Source: an uncultured Candidatus Saccharibacteria bacterium (GTDB lineage Bacteria; Patescibacteriota; Minisyncoccia; Phycocordibacterales; PALSA-1337). Taken from it: a DNA stretch of 64,000 bases. The stretch covers positions 4,824 through 68,823 of the forward strand of contig CAZBVQ010000003.1 of the NCBI GenBank assembly GCA_964495685.1. Direction: 5' to 3'. Both the position numbers and the translations under genes were made by a program. Shown piece after piece: positions 18,092 to 28,049 of this stretch; positions within the stretch are counted from its first letter, which is position 1; every line of letters starts with the position of its first letter. The notes beneath the pieces are model-generated. The model worked only from the letters and a program-made list of their open reading frames with translations, was not told the DNA's origin and did no database searches.

Positions 18092-18541
18092 ATGAAAATT
18101 ATTATTGTCCCCGTCGGTAAGGAGCGTGATTTCTCGGCCAATGACTTGGTCGGTGAGTATTCGTTGCGTATCGGTCACTATATGCCCATCGAATGGAAAT
18201 ACATTCCTGCCTCTACCAGTGCCGAAGAGGCCGCCAAGATACACAAGCTTATCGATGAATATGGCTCAGGGACACAGGTGATGATGCTCGACGAGAAGGG
18301 TAAAGAGTATTCATCTGTCGAGTTTGCGGGCTTCATGCAGAAGCGTCTCAATGAAGGTGTACGTACGCTCATCATCTTGATTGGCGGAGCGTACGGTTTC
18401 GATCAGTCTGTCCGTGAGCGTGCTACGTCGATGCTGGCTCTCTCACGTCTGACCTTCCCGCATCAGCTGGTCCGTCTCATTCTTGCTGAGCAGCTCTATC
18501 GCGTCTGTACCATCATCAAAGGGGAGAAGTATCATCATTAA
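18092..18541 (+). CDS. rlmH: 23S rRNA pseudouridine-1915 N3-methyltransferase
   Basis: LDEKGK..SS, IGGAYG, LSRLTFPHQLVR, EQLYR, YHH. Confidence 0.95.
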   Translation: MKIIIVPVGKERDFSANDLVGEYSLRIGHYMPIEWKYIPASTSAEEAAKIHKLIDEYGSGTQVMMLDEKGKEYSSVEFAGFMQKRLNEGVRTLIILIGGAYGFDQSVRERATSMLALSRLTFPHQLVRLILAEQLYRVCTIIKGEKYHH

Positions 18542-18554
18542 ATCAAAGGTTAAC

Positions 18555-19589
18555 ATGTCAGACTACGACTACGTATTACCACCAGAATTGGTAGCTCACG
18601 AACCAGTCACTCCACGTGATTCGTCGCGTCTGCTGGTCTACAGTACTGCGACGAATGAAGTATTTATCGACACCTTCAATCATCTGGCCCGATACATTCC
18701 TGCTGATTCGCTCATGGTGCTCAACGATACGCGAGTTGTCCCTGCACGACTCGAATGTACCAAAATGACGGGTGGCACGGTGCGGATCCTGTTTCTATTC
18801 AATGAATGGGATCGAAAGGTTCCGATCCGTGGCTTACCTGATCGAGGTATCAAGATCGGTGACACACTCTATGTCCGACAACGACCGATCGTGCGTGCTA
18901 TAGCACAACATAATGAAGAGTTCACATTTGAATTGATCGTTTCTCCGTCAGAATTTGAGGGGCTCTGTCATGATCGGGGGACGACGCCGTTGCCGCCCTA
19001 TATTCATTCGACATTGTCTGAAGCGGAGTCACGTATCCGGTATCAGACAGTATTTGCTGACAAGCCTGCTTCAGTCGCTGCGCCGACGGCCTCGCTCCAT
19101 TTCACCGAGAATGTATTCCGTTCCTTGGCTGAGAAGGGGATCGATCGTACTTACCTAACACTCCATGTTGGTCGCGGCACCTTCGCGCCAGTATCTCTGA
19201 ATGCGTTGGCGAGCGGCCGACTCCATACAGAGCCCATATCTATTTCTGCAGAATCAGCAAAGAAAATATCTTCTGCACAGAAGAGTGGACGAACTATAGT
19301 CGCTGTAGGTACGACGGCGATGCGTTCACTCGAGTCGGCGCAGGAATACGTCACGCAAGGGAAGGGCTATGATGGCGACACGTCTCTATTTATCAAACCA
19401 CCCTATACATTCAAGGTGGCCAATGCACTCATCACTAATTTCCATATTTCGAATACCTCATTACTCATGTTGGTCGATGCATTCTTGCAATCGAAGGGGG
19501 CCAAACGTAGCTGGCGTGATATATATGATATTGCTATCAAAGAAAAGTTCAGATTTTACTCATTCGGTGATGCGATGTTACTTATCTGA
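18555..19589 (+). CDS. queA: S-adenosylmethionine:tRNA ribosyltransferase-isomerase
   Basis: NDTRVVPARL, PLPPYI, YQTVFA, AAPTASLHF, VGTT, TNFH, FYSFGDAM. Confidence 0.96.
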   Translation: MSDYDYVLPPELVAHEPVTPRDSSRLLVYSTATNEVFIDTFNHLARYIPADSLMVLNDTRVVPARLECTKMTGGTVRILFLFNEWDRKVPIRGLPDRGIKIGDTLYVRQRPIVRAIAQHNEEFTFELIVSPSEFEGLCHDRGTTPLPPYIHSTLSEAESRIRYQTVFADKPASVAAPTASLHFTENVFRSLAEKGIDRTYLTLHVGRGTFAPVSLNALASGRLHTEPISISAESAKKISSAQKSGRTIVAVGTTAMRSLESAQEYVTQGKGYDGDTSLFIKPPYTFKVANALITNFHISNTSLLMLVDAFLQSKGAKRSWRDIYDIAIKEKFRFYSFGDAMLLI

Positions 19590-19697
19590 GGCGCACCGAA
19601 GCATGTGTCGCACTCAGGCGGAAAGGTTGATTCGTGGTATGCCGATATGAGTAGTCGATCGGTTTCCACCTGAGTGCGGCACATGCTTCGGTGCGCC
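19590..19697. repeat. long palindromic element
   Basis: about 35-bp arms GGCGCACCGAAGCATGTG.../...CACATGCTTCGGTGCGCC. Confidence 0.85.
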
Positions 19698-19736
19698 GTA
19701 TTGGTCAACGATGTAAAATATGCAATAATGACTGCC

Positions 19737-20396
19737 ATGAATACAAAACGCATTATTTTCTGGCTTATTTTCCTCGTGATACTCGGTCTCATCGTTTGGG
19801 GGCTCTCTGTGGCCATGAACAGGCAGCAGGGCGGCGTTCCCAAGCTCGGTTCTCCATCTCCCGTGACTGTTGACGATCATGTTCGTGGTCCTGCTGATGC
19901 ACCTGTCACCATTATTGAATATAGCGATTTCCAGTGTCCGGCATGTGCCGCTTATAATCCGTTGGTCGAGAAGCTGATCAGCGAATCGACATCGACCGTT
20001 CGCTTCGTCTACCGTCATTTCCCACTCTATCCATTGCCTCACAAGAATGCGGTAGTTGCTGCTCAAGCCGCCGAAGCTGCTGGTATGCAGGGTAAATTCT
20101 GGGACATGGGCCGACTCCTCTTCGTCAATCAGCTCGCTTGGGAAGCTTCAGACAAGCCCGAATCTATATTCGAAGAATACGCACAGCGTATTGGCCTCGA
20201 TATTGCATTGTACAAGAAAGACTTTGCTGCTGATGCTACCAAAGCTCGTGTGCAGCGTGATCGTGATGAAGGAGATACACTCGGTATCAATGCCACCCCG
20301 ACATTCTTCGTGAACGGTAAGGCGATCGTTAATCCAAATGGCTATGAAGCATTTAAAGCACTTGTGGACGCAGCCGCTCGCGGCGGTGCCCAATAA
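19737..20396 (+). CDS. DsbA-family thiol-disulfide oxidoreductase
   Basis: EYSDFQCPAC, RHFPL, ATPTFFVNG; N-terminal TM. Confidence 0.93.
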   Translation: MNTKRIIFWLIFLVILGLIVWGLSVAMNRQQGGVPKLGSPSPVTVDDHVRGPADAPVTIIEYSDFQCPACAAYNPLVEKLISESTSTVRFVYRHFPLYPLPHKNAVVAAQAAEAAGMQGKFWDMGRLLFVNQLAWEASDKPESIFEEYAQRIGLDIALYKKDFAADATKARVQRDRDEGDTLGINATPTFFVNGKAIVNPNGYEAFKALVDAAARGGAQ

Positions 20397-20823
20397 ACTC
20401 GTCATATTCCTACTCATCGTCGCACTTCTTGGGTTTGCCGATGCGACGTATCTGACCATCGAGCACTATCAGGGTGTGATTCCTCCGTGCACCACCAATG
20501 GCTGTGATACGGTCCTGACGAGTACGTATTCGACCGCTGCAGGAATACCCGTTTCGCTACTGGGTGCTCTGTATTACCTCCTTGTTTTGGTGGGTGTGTT
20601 CGCCTATCTCGAATCCAAGAATACCAAGATACTCAAATGGGCACTCCTGTTTACCATCTTCGGTTTGTTGGGCTCACTGTGGTTCTTGTATGTCCAAGCA
20701 TTCATTCTCAATGCATACTGCCAGTACTGTCTTGGATCAGCGGCAACATCGATTGTTTTGTTTATTACAGCAGCTGTTACGTTGAAGAAGTATCAGGTCG
20801 GTGAATCGGGCACGCAGTTGTAA
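20344..20823 (+). CDS. VKOR-family disulfide bond formation protein
   Basis: C....CD.VL.S.Y, GIPVS, CQYC. Confidence 0.92.
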   Translation: MKHLKHLWTQPLAAVPNKLVIFLLIVALLGFADATYLTIEHYQGVIPPCTTNGCDTVLTSTYSTAAGIPVSLLGALYYLLVLVGVFAYLESKNTKILKWALLFTIFGLLGSLWFLYVQAFILNAYCQYCLGSAATSIVLFITAAVTLKKYQVGESGTQL

Positions 20824-20882
20824 TGTGTCATTCCTTCTTCGCGGGGATGACAAAGACCCTGATTACAGGGTAGACTTCTTCT

Positions 20883-21833
20883 ATGAGCAAAATTTCCAAC
20901 ATTCTCATCGCCGAACCGTCATCGGATTATGTACTCCTCGACTCTGGCGACGGCGAGAAGTTGGAACGATTCGGGCGTGTCGTACTATCTCGTCCTGACC
21001 CTCAAGCACTGTGGGCCAAGAAATTATCGGCCGCCGAATGGAAAAAGGCAGACGGACATTTCTCTCGTGAAGAAAGTGGTGGCAAATGGTCGCTCAAGTC
21101 ACACGTGCTCGCCAAGTGGCAGATATCATTCGGGGGATTGTCGTTCTGGATCAAGCCGACGGCATTCAAGCACACAGGGTTGTTTCCAGAGCAGGTGGTG
21201 AATTGGGAGTGGATGGAGAAGCAAATCAAAAATCAATTCCGTCCCCAAGCTGATGTCCCACGGAGCGGGTTACCGGAGGGACTGCAGCTCCCGCGGAGTG
21301 GGATTTCAGTTGGGGACGGAATTGAAGTTCTAAATTTGTTTGGGTATACGGGGGGTGCTACGTTGGCGTGTGCCAAGGCGGGAGCGAAAGTGGTGCATAT
21401 CGATAGTTCCAAGGCGGCGGTCAACTGGGCACGCGAGAATGCCGAGGCATCCGGATTGGCTGATGCGCCCATCCGCTGGATCATCGATGACGCTCGTGTA
21501 TTCGTCGAGCGTGAGATCAAGAGGGGTAGGAAATATCACGGTATCATCATGGATCCGCCGGCATTCGGCCACGGTCCGACCAGCGAACTCTGGAGAATCG
21601 AAGAACATTTCTTGAAATTGGTGGAGGATTGCAAGAAGTTGCTTGCAGACAAGCCGATCTTCTTCTTGATCAACGGATATTCTGCAGGATATTCAGCGGT
21701 CGCCTATGAAAATATGATGAGTGACCTGGTCTCGAAGTATGGAGGCGAGATTGAGATAGGGGAACTTACGATTGAAGAAGAAAAGGTGGGAAGATTACTC
21801 CCGGCAGGCATCTTCGCGAGGTGGTCGGCCTAA
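20883..21833 (+). CDS. class I SAM-dependent methyltransferase (RlmI/YwbD-like) with palindromic in-frame insert
   Basis: KHTGLFPEQ, VLNLFGYTGG, DPPAFG. Confidence 0.9.
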   Translation: MSKISNILIAEPSSDYVLLDSGDGEKLERFGRVVLSRPDPQALWAKKLSAAEWKKADGHFSREESGGKWSLKSHVLAKWQISFGGLSFWIKPTAFKHTGLFPEQVVNWEWMEKQIKNQFRPQADVPRSGLPEGLQLPRSGISVGDGIEVLNLFGYTGGATLACAKAGAKVVHIDSSKAAVNWARENAEASGLADAPIRWIIDDARVFVEREIKRGRKYHGIIMDPPAFGHGPTSELWRIEEHFLKLVEDCKKLLADKPIFFLINGYSAGYSAVAYENMMSDLVSKYGGEIEIGELTIEEEKVGRLLPAGIFARWSA

Positions 21834-21852
21834 TTCTAGGCCCGGCCTAGAA
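21834..21852. repeat. short palindrome TTCTAGGCCCGGCCTAGAA, copy 1
   Basis: also at 34820-34836 and 48315-48333. Confidence 0.85.
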
Positions 21853-21871
21853 CCTATGCTATATTCTCCCT

Positions 21872-22705
21872 ATGTCAGCTACTATTCTCTCTGGTCGTAT
21901 TGCCCGTGAAGCCCGTACGGCGACTCTGGTCGAACGGGTCAAGAAACTTGGGTACGCTCCCAAGCTCGCCATCATTCAAGTCGGTGATCGGCCTGATTCG
22001 ACGGCCTATATCAATGCCAAGAAATCATTCGCGGCAAAAATCGGTGTCGATATTATCCACAGACATGAGGCTGAACAGGTGACGCAAACGGCACTTATTT
22101 CGATCGTCCAAGAATGTAACAAGGACGCGTCAATCCAAGGGATCATCATGCAACTCCCATTACCGAGCCACATCGACACCGTTTCTATCATCGAAGCGAT
22201 CGATCCACACAAAGATGTAGACGGACTGACCACGACCAACTATCAGAAAATGATTCTCCATGAATCGGGGGCTATCATTCCTGCCACGGCGCGTGGCGTG
22301 TTCGAATTGTTCAGATATTACTCGATCAATGTGTCAGGTAAGAATGTGGTGGTCGTCGGACGTTCACGTCTGGTCGGTACACCAATCGCTGTATTGGCCA
22401 AACAGGCAGGTGCCCAGGTGGTCATCTGTCATAGCAAAACACCAGACATTGCAGCTGAGACCAAGAAAGCAGACATAGTCATAGTTGCTGCAGGCAAACC
22501 CAAACTGATCGGTGCTGACCATATTAAACAGGGTGCCATCGTGATCGATATTGGTATAACCAAAATGCCTGACGGTACTATCCAGGGAGACGTCGATCAT
22601 GCGACGGTCGACACCAAGGCCTCGCTCATCACTCCAACCATAGGCGGTGTCGGTCCCATGACCGTTCTTGGCCTTTTCGAGAATGTGCTCGACGCATGTA
22701 AGTAA
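21872..22705 (+). CDS. folD: methylenetetrahydrofolate dehydrogenase/cyclohydrolase
   Basis: QLPLP, KDVDG, GRSRLVG.P, GGVGPMTV. Confidence 0.95.
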   Translation: MSATILSGRIAREARTATLVERVKKLGYAPKLAIIQVGDRPDSTAYINAKKSFAAKIGVDIIHRHEAEQVTQTALISIVQECNKDASIQGIIMQLPLPSHIDTVSIIEAIDPHKDVDGLTTTNYQKMILHESGAIIPATARGVFELFRYYSINVSGKNVVVVGRSRLVGTPIAVLAKQAGAQVVICHSKTPDIAAETKKADIVIVAAGKPKLIGADHIKQGAIVIDIGITKMPDGTIQGDVDHATVDTKASLITPTIGGVGPMTVLGLFENVLDACK

Positions 22706-22782
22706 TCGACTTCTCTTGCGTCTACTACAGGAAAGACGATATGATTCCTGTATAGTTTTTATTAGTAAATAAATTACATTAC

Positions 22783-23574
22783 ATGAATATTCCTGCAAAA
22801 TTGTGGTCAACAATCATTGGGGCGGTCGGTGTGCTCACCATCCTGCTCGCGGTGTTGGCCATCAAAGGTATCCGTGAGATTGGGTATGTCGGCAAGGACA
22901 ATCCTGTTTATAATAGTATTTCAGTCAACGGCAAAGGGGAGGCTATCACCATTCCTGACGTAGCTACTTTCTCATTCACGGTGAATGAGACAGCAAAGAC
23001 GGTGGTCGATGCTCAGACCAAGGCTACCGACAAGACGAATGCTGCCCTCAAGGCGGTTAAGGATGCCGGTATTGCCGAGAAAGATATCAAGACGACAGCA
23101 TACTCGATCAATCCCCATTACGATTACACCAATGGTGAGTGTAATAGCTATCGATGCGCACCCGGCAAATCGACATTGACTGGATATGATGTCAGTCAGT
23201 CTGTCGAGGTGAAGATTCGTGATTTGACCAAGGCCGGAAGTATTTTCACAAGTATTGGCAGTATTGATGTGCAGAACGTGAATGGCCTTTCATTCTCGAT
23301 CGATGACATTGAGAAAGTCAAAGCCGAAGCTCGAGCAAAAGCTATTGCCGACGCACAGACCAAGGCCCAGGAACTTGCAAAACAGCTTGGCGTTCGTCTG
23401 GTGAAGATTACCAGCTTCTATGATTCAAGTGATCAACCAGTATTCTATGGTCGAGGCGAAGGTATGGGCGGTGATGCTGTGTCTATCAAGACCATGGCTG
23501 CGGTTGCGCCTAATATTCCGACAGGGGAGCAGAAGGTTACGAGTAATGTAACTATTAGTTACGAGATCAAGTAA
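22783..23574 (+). CDS. SIMPL (DUF541) domain protein
   Basis: ISVNGKGE..PDVA, AIADA..KA..LA...G, PTGEQKVT.NVT. Confidence 0.9.
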   Translation: MNIPAKLWSTIIGAVGVLTILLAVLAIKGIREIGYVGKDNPVYNSISVNGKGEAITIPDVATFSFTVNETAKTVVDAQTKATDKTNAALKAVKDAGIAEKDIKTTAYSINPHYDYTNGECNSYRCAPGKSTLTGYDVSQSVEVKIRDLTKAGSIFTSIGSIDVQNVNGLSFSIDDIEKVKAEARAKAIADAQTKAQELAKQLGVRLVKITSFYDSSDQPVFYGRGEGMGGDAVSIKTMAAVAPNIPTGEQKVTSNVTISYEIK

Positions 23575-23591
23575 CTATTCTCATGTTAGAA

Positions 23592-23626
23592 CCAAAAACC
23601 GTACGCTCAGGGCGTACGGTTTTTGG
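23592..23626. terminator. intrinsic terminator
   Basis: CCAAAAACCGTACGC/GCGTACGGTTTTTGG. Confidence 0.8.
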
Positions 23627-23712
23627 ACCAGTTGACTTCATTCGACCAATCCTGTATTATATTGTCTATCACTACCCCCGCAGGGGTTTTTTAATAGAAG
23701 AAGTATACCCAT

Positions 23713-23889
23713 ATGAAACTCTCTGAATACGTCAAAGATACACGTGCTGAAATGGCCCACGTCAATTGGCCGAGCCGTCAACAGACCGTGCGATTCACCG
23801 TTCTGGTGATCATTGTCTCTGTCATTGTGGCCGCACTCCTTGGTCTCTCGGATTTCGTATTCTCCAAGTTGCTCACACTTCTTTTCTAG
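23713..23889 (+). CDS. secE: preprotein translocase subunit SecE
   Basis: 58 aa MKLSEYVKDTRAEMAHVNWPSRQQT plus one TM, directly before nusG; absent from the ORF track. Confidence 0.93.
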   Translation: MKLSEYVKDTRAEMAHVNWPSRQQTVRFTVLVIIVSVIVAALLGLSDFVFSKLLTLLF

Positions 23890-23911
23890 TTTCTAATCTT
23901 CACTTACAACC

Positions 23912-24457
23912 ATGTCCAAACAACTCAACACAGGTGAGCGCAATTGGTACGCGATCCATACCTATGCAGGGTATGAGAATGCTGTTGCCCGCAATCTCAA
24001 GCAACGTATCGAATCTCTCGGCATGGAGGACAAGATTTTTGCCGTAATTGTGCCTACTGAAAAGAAGATTAAGGTCAAAGGTGGCAAGCGTGTAGAAGAG
24101 GAAGAGAAGATTTATCCAGGATACGTGCTTGTCGACATGATCGTGACTGACGATTCGTGGTACGTCGTACGCAACACGCCACGTGTGACTGGTTTCGTCG
24201 GTGCGGGTGTCTCTCCAGTGCCTCTTGAGCAGAAAGAGGTAGATTCGTTGTTCGCACGTATGAATCAGGGCAACACCCAGCACTCGATCGACCTCTCGAC
24301 AGGGGATCTTATCAAGGTCGCCGATGGTCCATTCAAGGACTTTGAAGGCAAAGTATCTGAGGTCGACACTGAACGTGGCAAAGTCAAGGTGCTGGTATCG
24401 ATGTTCGGTCGTGAGACACCAGTCGAGCTCGATTTCTTGCAAGTAAAGAAGGTTTAA
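23912..24457 (+). CDS. nusG: transcription termination/antitermination factor NusG
   Basis: WYAIHTYAGYE, YPGYVLV, TPRVTGFVG, KOW domain. Confidence 0.97.
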   Translation: MSKQLNTGERNWYAIHTYAGYENAVARNLKQRIESLGMEDKIFAVIVPTEKKIKVKGGKRVEEEEKIYPGYVLVDMIVTDDSWYVVRNTPRVTGFVGAGVSPVPLEQKEVDSLFARMNQGNTQHSIDLSTGDLIKVADGPFKDFEGKVSEVDTERGKVKVLVSMFGRETPVELDFLQVKKV

Positions 24458-24477
24458 TGTAGTATCCAATAACCACT

Positions 24478-24900
24478 ATGGCAAAAAAGATTGTAAAAAA
24501 GGTAAAGGTCATCGCTCCGGCAGGTAAGGCAACTCCTGCTCCACCACTTGGTCCGACCCTCGGTCAGGCCGGTGTTAACATTGGTGATTTCACCAAGAAA
24601 TTCAATGATGCCACCAAGGGCATGATGGGCGACATGATCCCGGTTCTTATTACGGTATACGAGGATCGCACCTATGATTTCAAGCTCAAGACTCCTCCAG
24701 CTTCAAGTCTCATCTTGAAAGCTATCGGCAAAGAGAAGGGTTCGGGCAAGCCGAATACCAGCAAGGTAGGCACAATTACCAAGGCACAGATCAGGGCAAT
24801 CGCTGAGAAGAAAATGCCGGATCTCAATGCAAATGATGTCGATGCTGCAGCCAAGATTATTGCGGGTACGGCGAGACAGATGGGTGTCGATGTGAAATAA
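24478..24900 (+). CDS. rplK: 50S ribosomal protein L11
   Basis: [27 protein letters not shown]. Confidence 0.97.
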   Translation: MAKKIVKKVKVIAPAGKATPAPPLGPTLGQAGVNIGDFTKKFNDATKGMMGDMIPVLITVYEDRTYDFKLKTPPASSLILKAIGKEKGSGKPNTSKVGTITKAQIRAIAEKKMPDLNANDVDAAAKIIAGTARQMGVDVK

Positions 24901-24912
24901 CATACACTACAG

Positions 24913-24944
24913 AACAAAAAATGGGCTTCGGCCCATTTTTTGTT
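24913..24944. terminator. intrinsic terminator after rplK
   Basis: AACAAAAAATGGGC-TTCG-GCCCATTTTTTGTT. Confidence 0.85.
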
Positions 24945-24992
24945 GAGAGGGGTTGATTTTCGGTGGGGAAGTGGTAGGGTGTTGGGTGAATT

Positions 24993-25367
24993 ATGAACCT
25001 ATATGTCATTGAATGGTCGACCGAGCGACGACCAGAAATCAAACGCTTGTGTCGTCTGTTGGGTAAGATTCCGGGCCTGAATCTTGTCGCCACAAAAGAA
25101 AAAGCTGAAGTGGCCCTTGTGGTTCTCGATGAAAGTGGTACTGGTGGGGTGTTCGATGCCCTAGATCACTTCCGAGAAAATCGTCCCGTATGGTGTCTCT
25201 GTCCGCACCAGGCTGAATTGAACAGCAACCTCGCTGCCCGGCTCCACAAACAGGAATCGAATCACGCTAGCCCACTTCTGGCTGTCCTCAGATTTGAATT
25301 TATTCCGGAAGCGGCAAAAATCGTCAAAGGACTTGTTGTTCTGAATCGGAGGCTAGGGTCTGTATAG
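24993..25367 (+). CDS. hypothetical orphan protein
   Basis: 124 aa ORF with promoter-like upstream sequence and downstream hairpin. Confidence 0.55.
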   Translation: MNLYVIEWSTERRPEIKRLCRLLGKIPGLNLVATKEKAEVALVVLDESGTGGVFDALDHFRENRPVWCLCPHQAELNSNLAARLHKQESNHASPLLAVLRFEFIPEAAKIVKGLVVLNRRLGSV

Positions 25368-25431
25368 CTGCTGTCCAGTTTCAGGATCAATTTCACGCCA
25401 AGGCGACCCCTTGGCTTTTTTGTACTCGAAT

Positions 25432-25947
25432 TTACTGCGTAGCTGGTGTGCCACTGTGGTCGACTTTGTATTCCAGAAGAAGTGTCCCTGTCTCTGATTG
25501 CGCGGTACTTACGAGAGTGAGTTTGTGGGTTAGGTCTTCAGTGAATAGTGATATACCTTTGCCAAACACGAGAGGCTCAATGGTTAGGAACAGTCGGTCG
25601 ACGACATTGGCCTTCATGAACATGGTGTAAATTTTGGAGCCGCCGCAGATGGCGACTTCTTTGAAACCGCGACTTTCAAGTTCAGCCAGTAAATCGACAG
25701 GAGATTTTTGCGTTGTCTCAGCACCTTCGAATTTCTTGTCACGGGTATAGACGATGTTGATGCGTTCCTTGAGTGGGCGGGGGAGTGTGGCGTACGTGGT
25801 CGAACCCATAACAACTACACCAGCACGCTTGGTCAGCTCCACGAAACGTTTCTTGTCCTCTTTGCTGGTCCAGAAAGCCGAATGTTTCTCATCGCGTGCG
25901 ATGAATCCATCGGCGGTAACGGCGGCTATGATGTATGCGCGAATCAT
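25432..25947 (-). CDS. folA: dihydrofolate reductase
   Basis: IAAVTADGFI, D..RF..LT, VVMGSTTY, ICGGSKIY; adjacent to thyA. Confidence 0.88.
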   Translation of the reverse strand: MIRAYIIAAVTADGFIARDEKHSAFWTSKEDKKRFVELTKRAGVVVMGSTTYATLPRPLKERINIVYTRDKKFEGAETTQKSPVDLLAELESRGFKEVAICGGSKIYTMFMKANVVDRLFLTIEPLVFGKGISLFTEDLTHKLTLVSTAQSETGTLLLEYKVDHSGTPATQ

Positions 25948-25953
25948 GGATTA

Positions 25954-26586
25954 CTACTGTACTTTGAACTGTTCCTTGAGTGTCTTGATATCACCCTTGG
26001 CGAGCAGATCTACTTCTTCTTTCTTCTCCATCTGCACTCCCTCGATAATATCTTTTTGGTGATACTTACTCGGGCGCGGCGTGACCGGATGTTTGAGCTC
26101 TTCGAATGCGACTTGGCAGAGACGTTCTCCAGGATAGAGACGGATGGCTTGTGAGCGGGTATTGTTGCGGATAGGGAGAATAAGCTGACCTTCATAGCCT
26201 GCATCGATCACGCCAGTGAGGTCGAGCGATAAGCCCTTGCGGTTGGTAGATGAGCGAGGGTAGAGGACTGCCATAAGGTCGGTAGGCATTTTGATGGCCT
26301 CGAGAGTGGAAACAAGGATGTATTCTTGCGGCAGGAGCTCGAAATATTGGCCCTGCTCGAGTTCGACAACCTCGAAATATTCATGGTTGCGCTTGTCGAA
26401 GTGGGTAATATCGAGTGACTCACGACCCTTGGCAGTCATGTGCCACATCTTGGGGATCATGAACGTGAAGCCGAGACGTAGATCAACGGAGTGTTCTTGG
26501 AGCTGGAATTTGTCGAGGTTTGGCTTGAAGCTGAGTGAGCCTGAAGTGACGCGTTCGAGGATATCAATTTTAGTTATTATAGACAT
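25954..26586 (-). CDS. dcd: dCTP deaminase
   Basis: SVDLRLG, RSSTNRKGL, IDAGYEGQL, RLCQ. Confidence 0.9.
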   Translation of the reverse strand: MSIITKIDILERVTSGSLSFKPNLDKFQLQEHSVDLRLGFTFMIPKMWHMTAKGRESLDITHFDKRNHEYFEVVELEQGQYFELLPQEYILVSTLEAIKMPTDLMAVLYPRSSTNRKGLSLDLTGVIDAGYEGQLILPIRNNTRSQAIRLYPGERLCQVAFEELKHPVTPRPSKYHQKDIIEGVQMEKKEEVDLLAKGDIKTLKEQFKVQ

Positions 26587-26626
26587 GAGGGTAAATCAAA
26601 ACGTAAAAATCAAAATTCAAAAATAA

Positions 26627-27463
26627 TCACAACGCAATCTTGAGGCCAGTGATGGCATCCATGGGATTATACTGCTTCGTGAGGTTTTCTACCACTTGGT
26701 CAGCAAACTCTTTGTCCATCTTTTCGGCTTTCTCGAATGCATTATCAGGGAGCTCGAGTCGGACTGGTGCATGTTCATGCTCACGACGCATGATTTCTTC
26801 GGCGCCAGCATAGTGGTTGCTATAAATGTGGGCATTTGAAATAGAGTGAGAGTAAATACCTGGTCTGACTCCCAATTTTTGGGCAAGGATACATTGGAGG
26901 AGCGCAAATCCGGCGACATCAGCAGGGGTGCCGAGTATGACGTCGTTTGAGCGAACAATATTGTGTAGATGGAGACGTCCCCCGATGATGTTGACCGTGA
27001 ATGTGTAGGGACACGGCACGTTCTTCTTTTTTGCTAGGGACAAGCCATCTTGGGCAGGATCCCATGTCACGATGACGCCCTGTCGTGAGCTCGGTTCTTT
27101 CTGGAGAAGGTCGATGAGTAGGGCGATTTGATCACGACCAAAATGCTTGCGCCAGCGATATCCGTAGGCGACTGTCACTACGTCGTTGGGGTTGGTGAAA
27201 AGATCCCAGATCTTGGTGTAATCGCGCAAAAAAATCTCAGGCTTGCGTGCACCAGAGAGAAACCAGACTTGCTCTGCGACGAACATCTTGATGGGAATTT
27301 TGCGGAGTGTGAGGATAGGGAAGCCGTCCTTCTCAATGTCGGTGGTGAAATGCATACCAGGAATGGCCTTTGTGTCATAGCCAGTGCGCTCACTGAACTC
27401 ATGAATGCCGGTGGTCATAATATCACTCACCATCTTTTTGTATATCTCGTCAAACGTTGTCAT
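26627..27463 (-). CDS. thyA: thymidylate synthase
   Basis: AYGYRWR, SSRQ, VPC, RSND..LG.P.D, SNAHIY. Confidence 0.93.
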   Translation of the reverse strand: MTTFDEIYKKMVSDIMTTGIHEFSERTGYDTKAIPGMHFTTDIEKDGFPILTLRKIPIKMFVAEQVWFLSGARKPEIFLRDYTKIWDLFTNPNDVVTVAYGYRWRKHFGRDQIALLIDLLQKEPSSRQGVIVTWDPAQDGLSLAKKKNVPCPYTFTVNIIGGRLHLHNIVRSNDVILGTPADVAGFALLQCILAQKLGVRPGIYSHSISNAHIYSNHYAGAEEIMRREHEHAPVRLELPDNAFEKAEKMDKEFADQVVENLTKQYNPMDAITGLKIAL

Positions 27464-27532
27464 TGCCTGTTAATTATATATAATCAAGCTACGAATGAAC
27501 ATGTTGCCGATTGTGCGATTTCGTATCCAAAT

Positions 27533-28048
27533 ATGAAAATTGATTATCCATACCTTCCTGAAGGGAGAACCATCAAACATGTTCCTGTCACCAACGTTTT
27601 TATGGCTGAGGCTAAGCGAGTGAGGGCTGAACTTTCAACAGAGAAAAATTATCCGACTGGTGCAGTCATTGTGAAGGATTCCAAGATACTCGGTCGAGCA
27701 GGCAATCAGGCGGCACTCAAAAATAAAACCCTCCAAGAATTCCATCGTACAAAGTTGTGTCTGCGTAAAGTGTTCAAGATACCTTCGGGTCAAAAATATT
27801 GGGTCTGCCCAGGTTGTGCGAAATATCAACACCATGCTGAGTGGGGAGCGGTCCGAGATGCTATCAAGCGGATAGGAAATATTGCTGGTGCAGACTTGTA
27901 CCTATATGGCCACTGGTGGTGCTGCAAACCGTGCTGGAGGAGCATGATCGATGCGGGTGTTCGAGATGTGTATCTTGTCGAAGGAGCTTTCGAATTATTC
28001 GAAAAGCGATCGCATGTAGTAGCTGAGGCGACCAAGAACAATACATAA
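27533..28048 (+). CDS. CMP/dCMP-deaminase-family zinc deaminase
   Basis: TGAVIVK, HAE, CCKPC; start moved to ATG 27533. Confidence 0.85.
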   Translation: MKIDYPYLPEGRTIKHVPVTNVFMAEAKRVRAELSTEKNYPTGAVIVKDSKILGRAGNQAALKNKTLQEFHRTKLCLRKVFKIPSGQKYWVCPGCAKYQHHAEWGAVRDAIKRIGNIAGADLYLYGHWWCCKPCWRSMIDAGVRDVYLVEGAFELFEKRSHVVAEATKNNT

Positions 28049-28049
28049 T

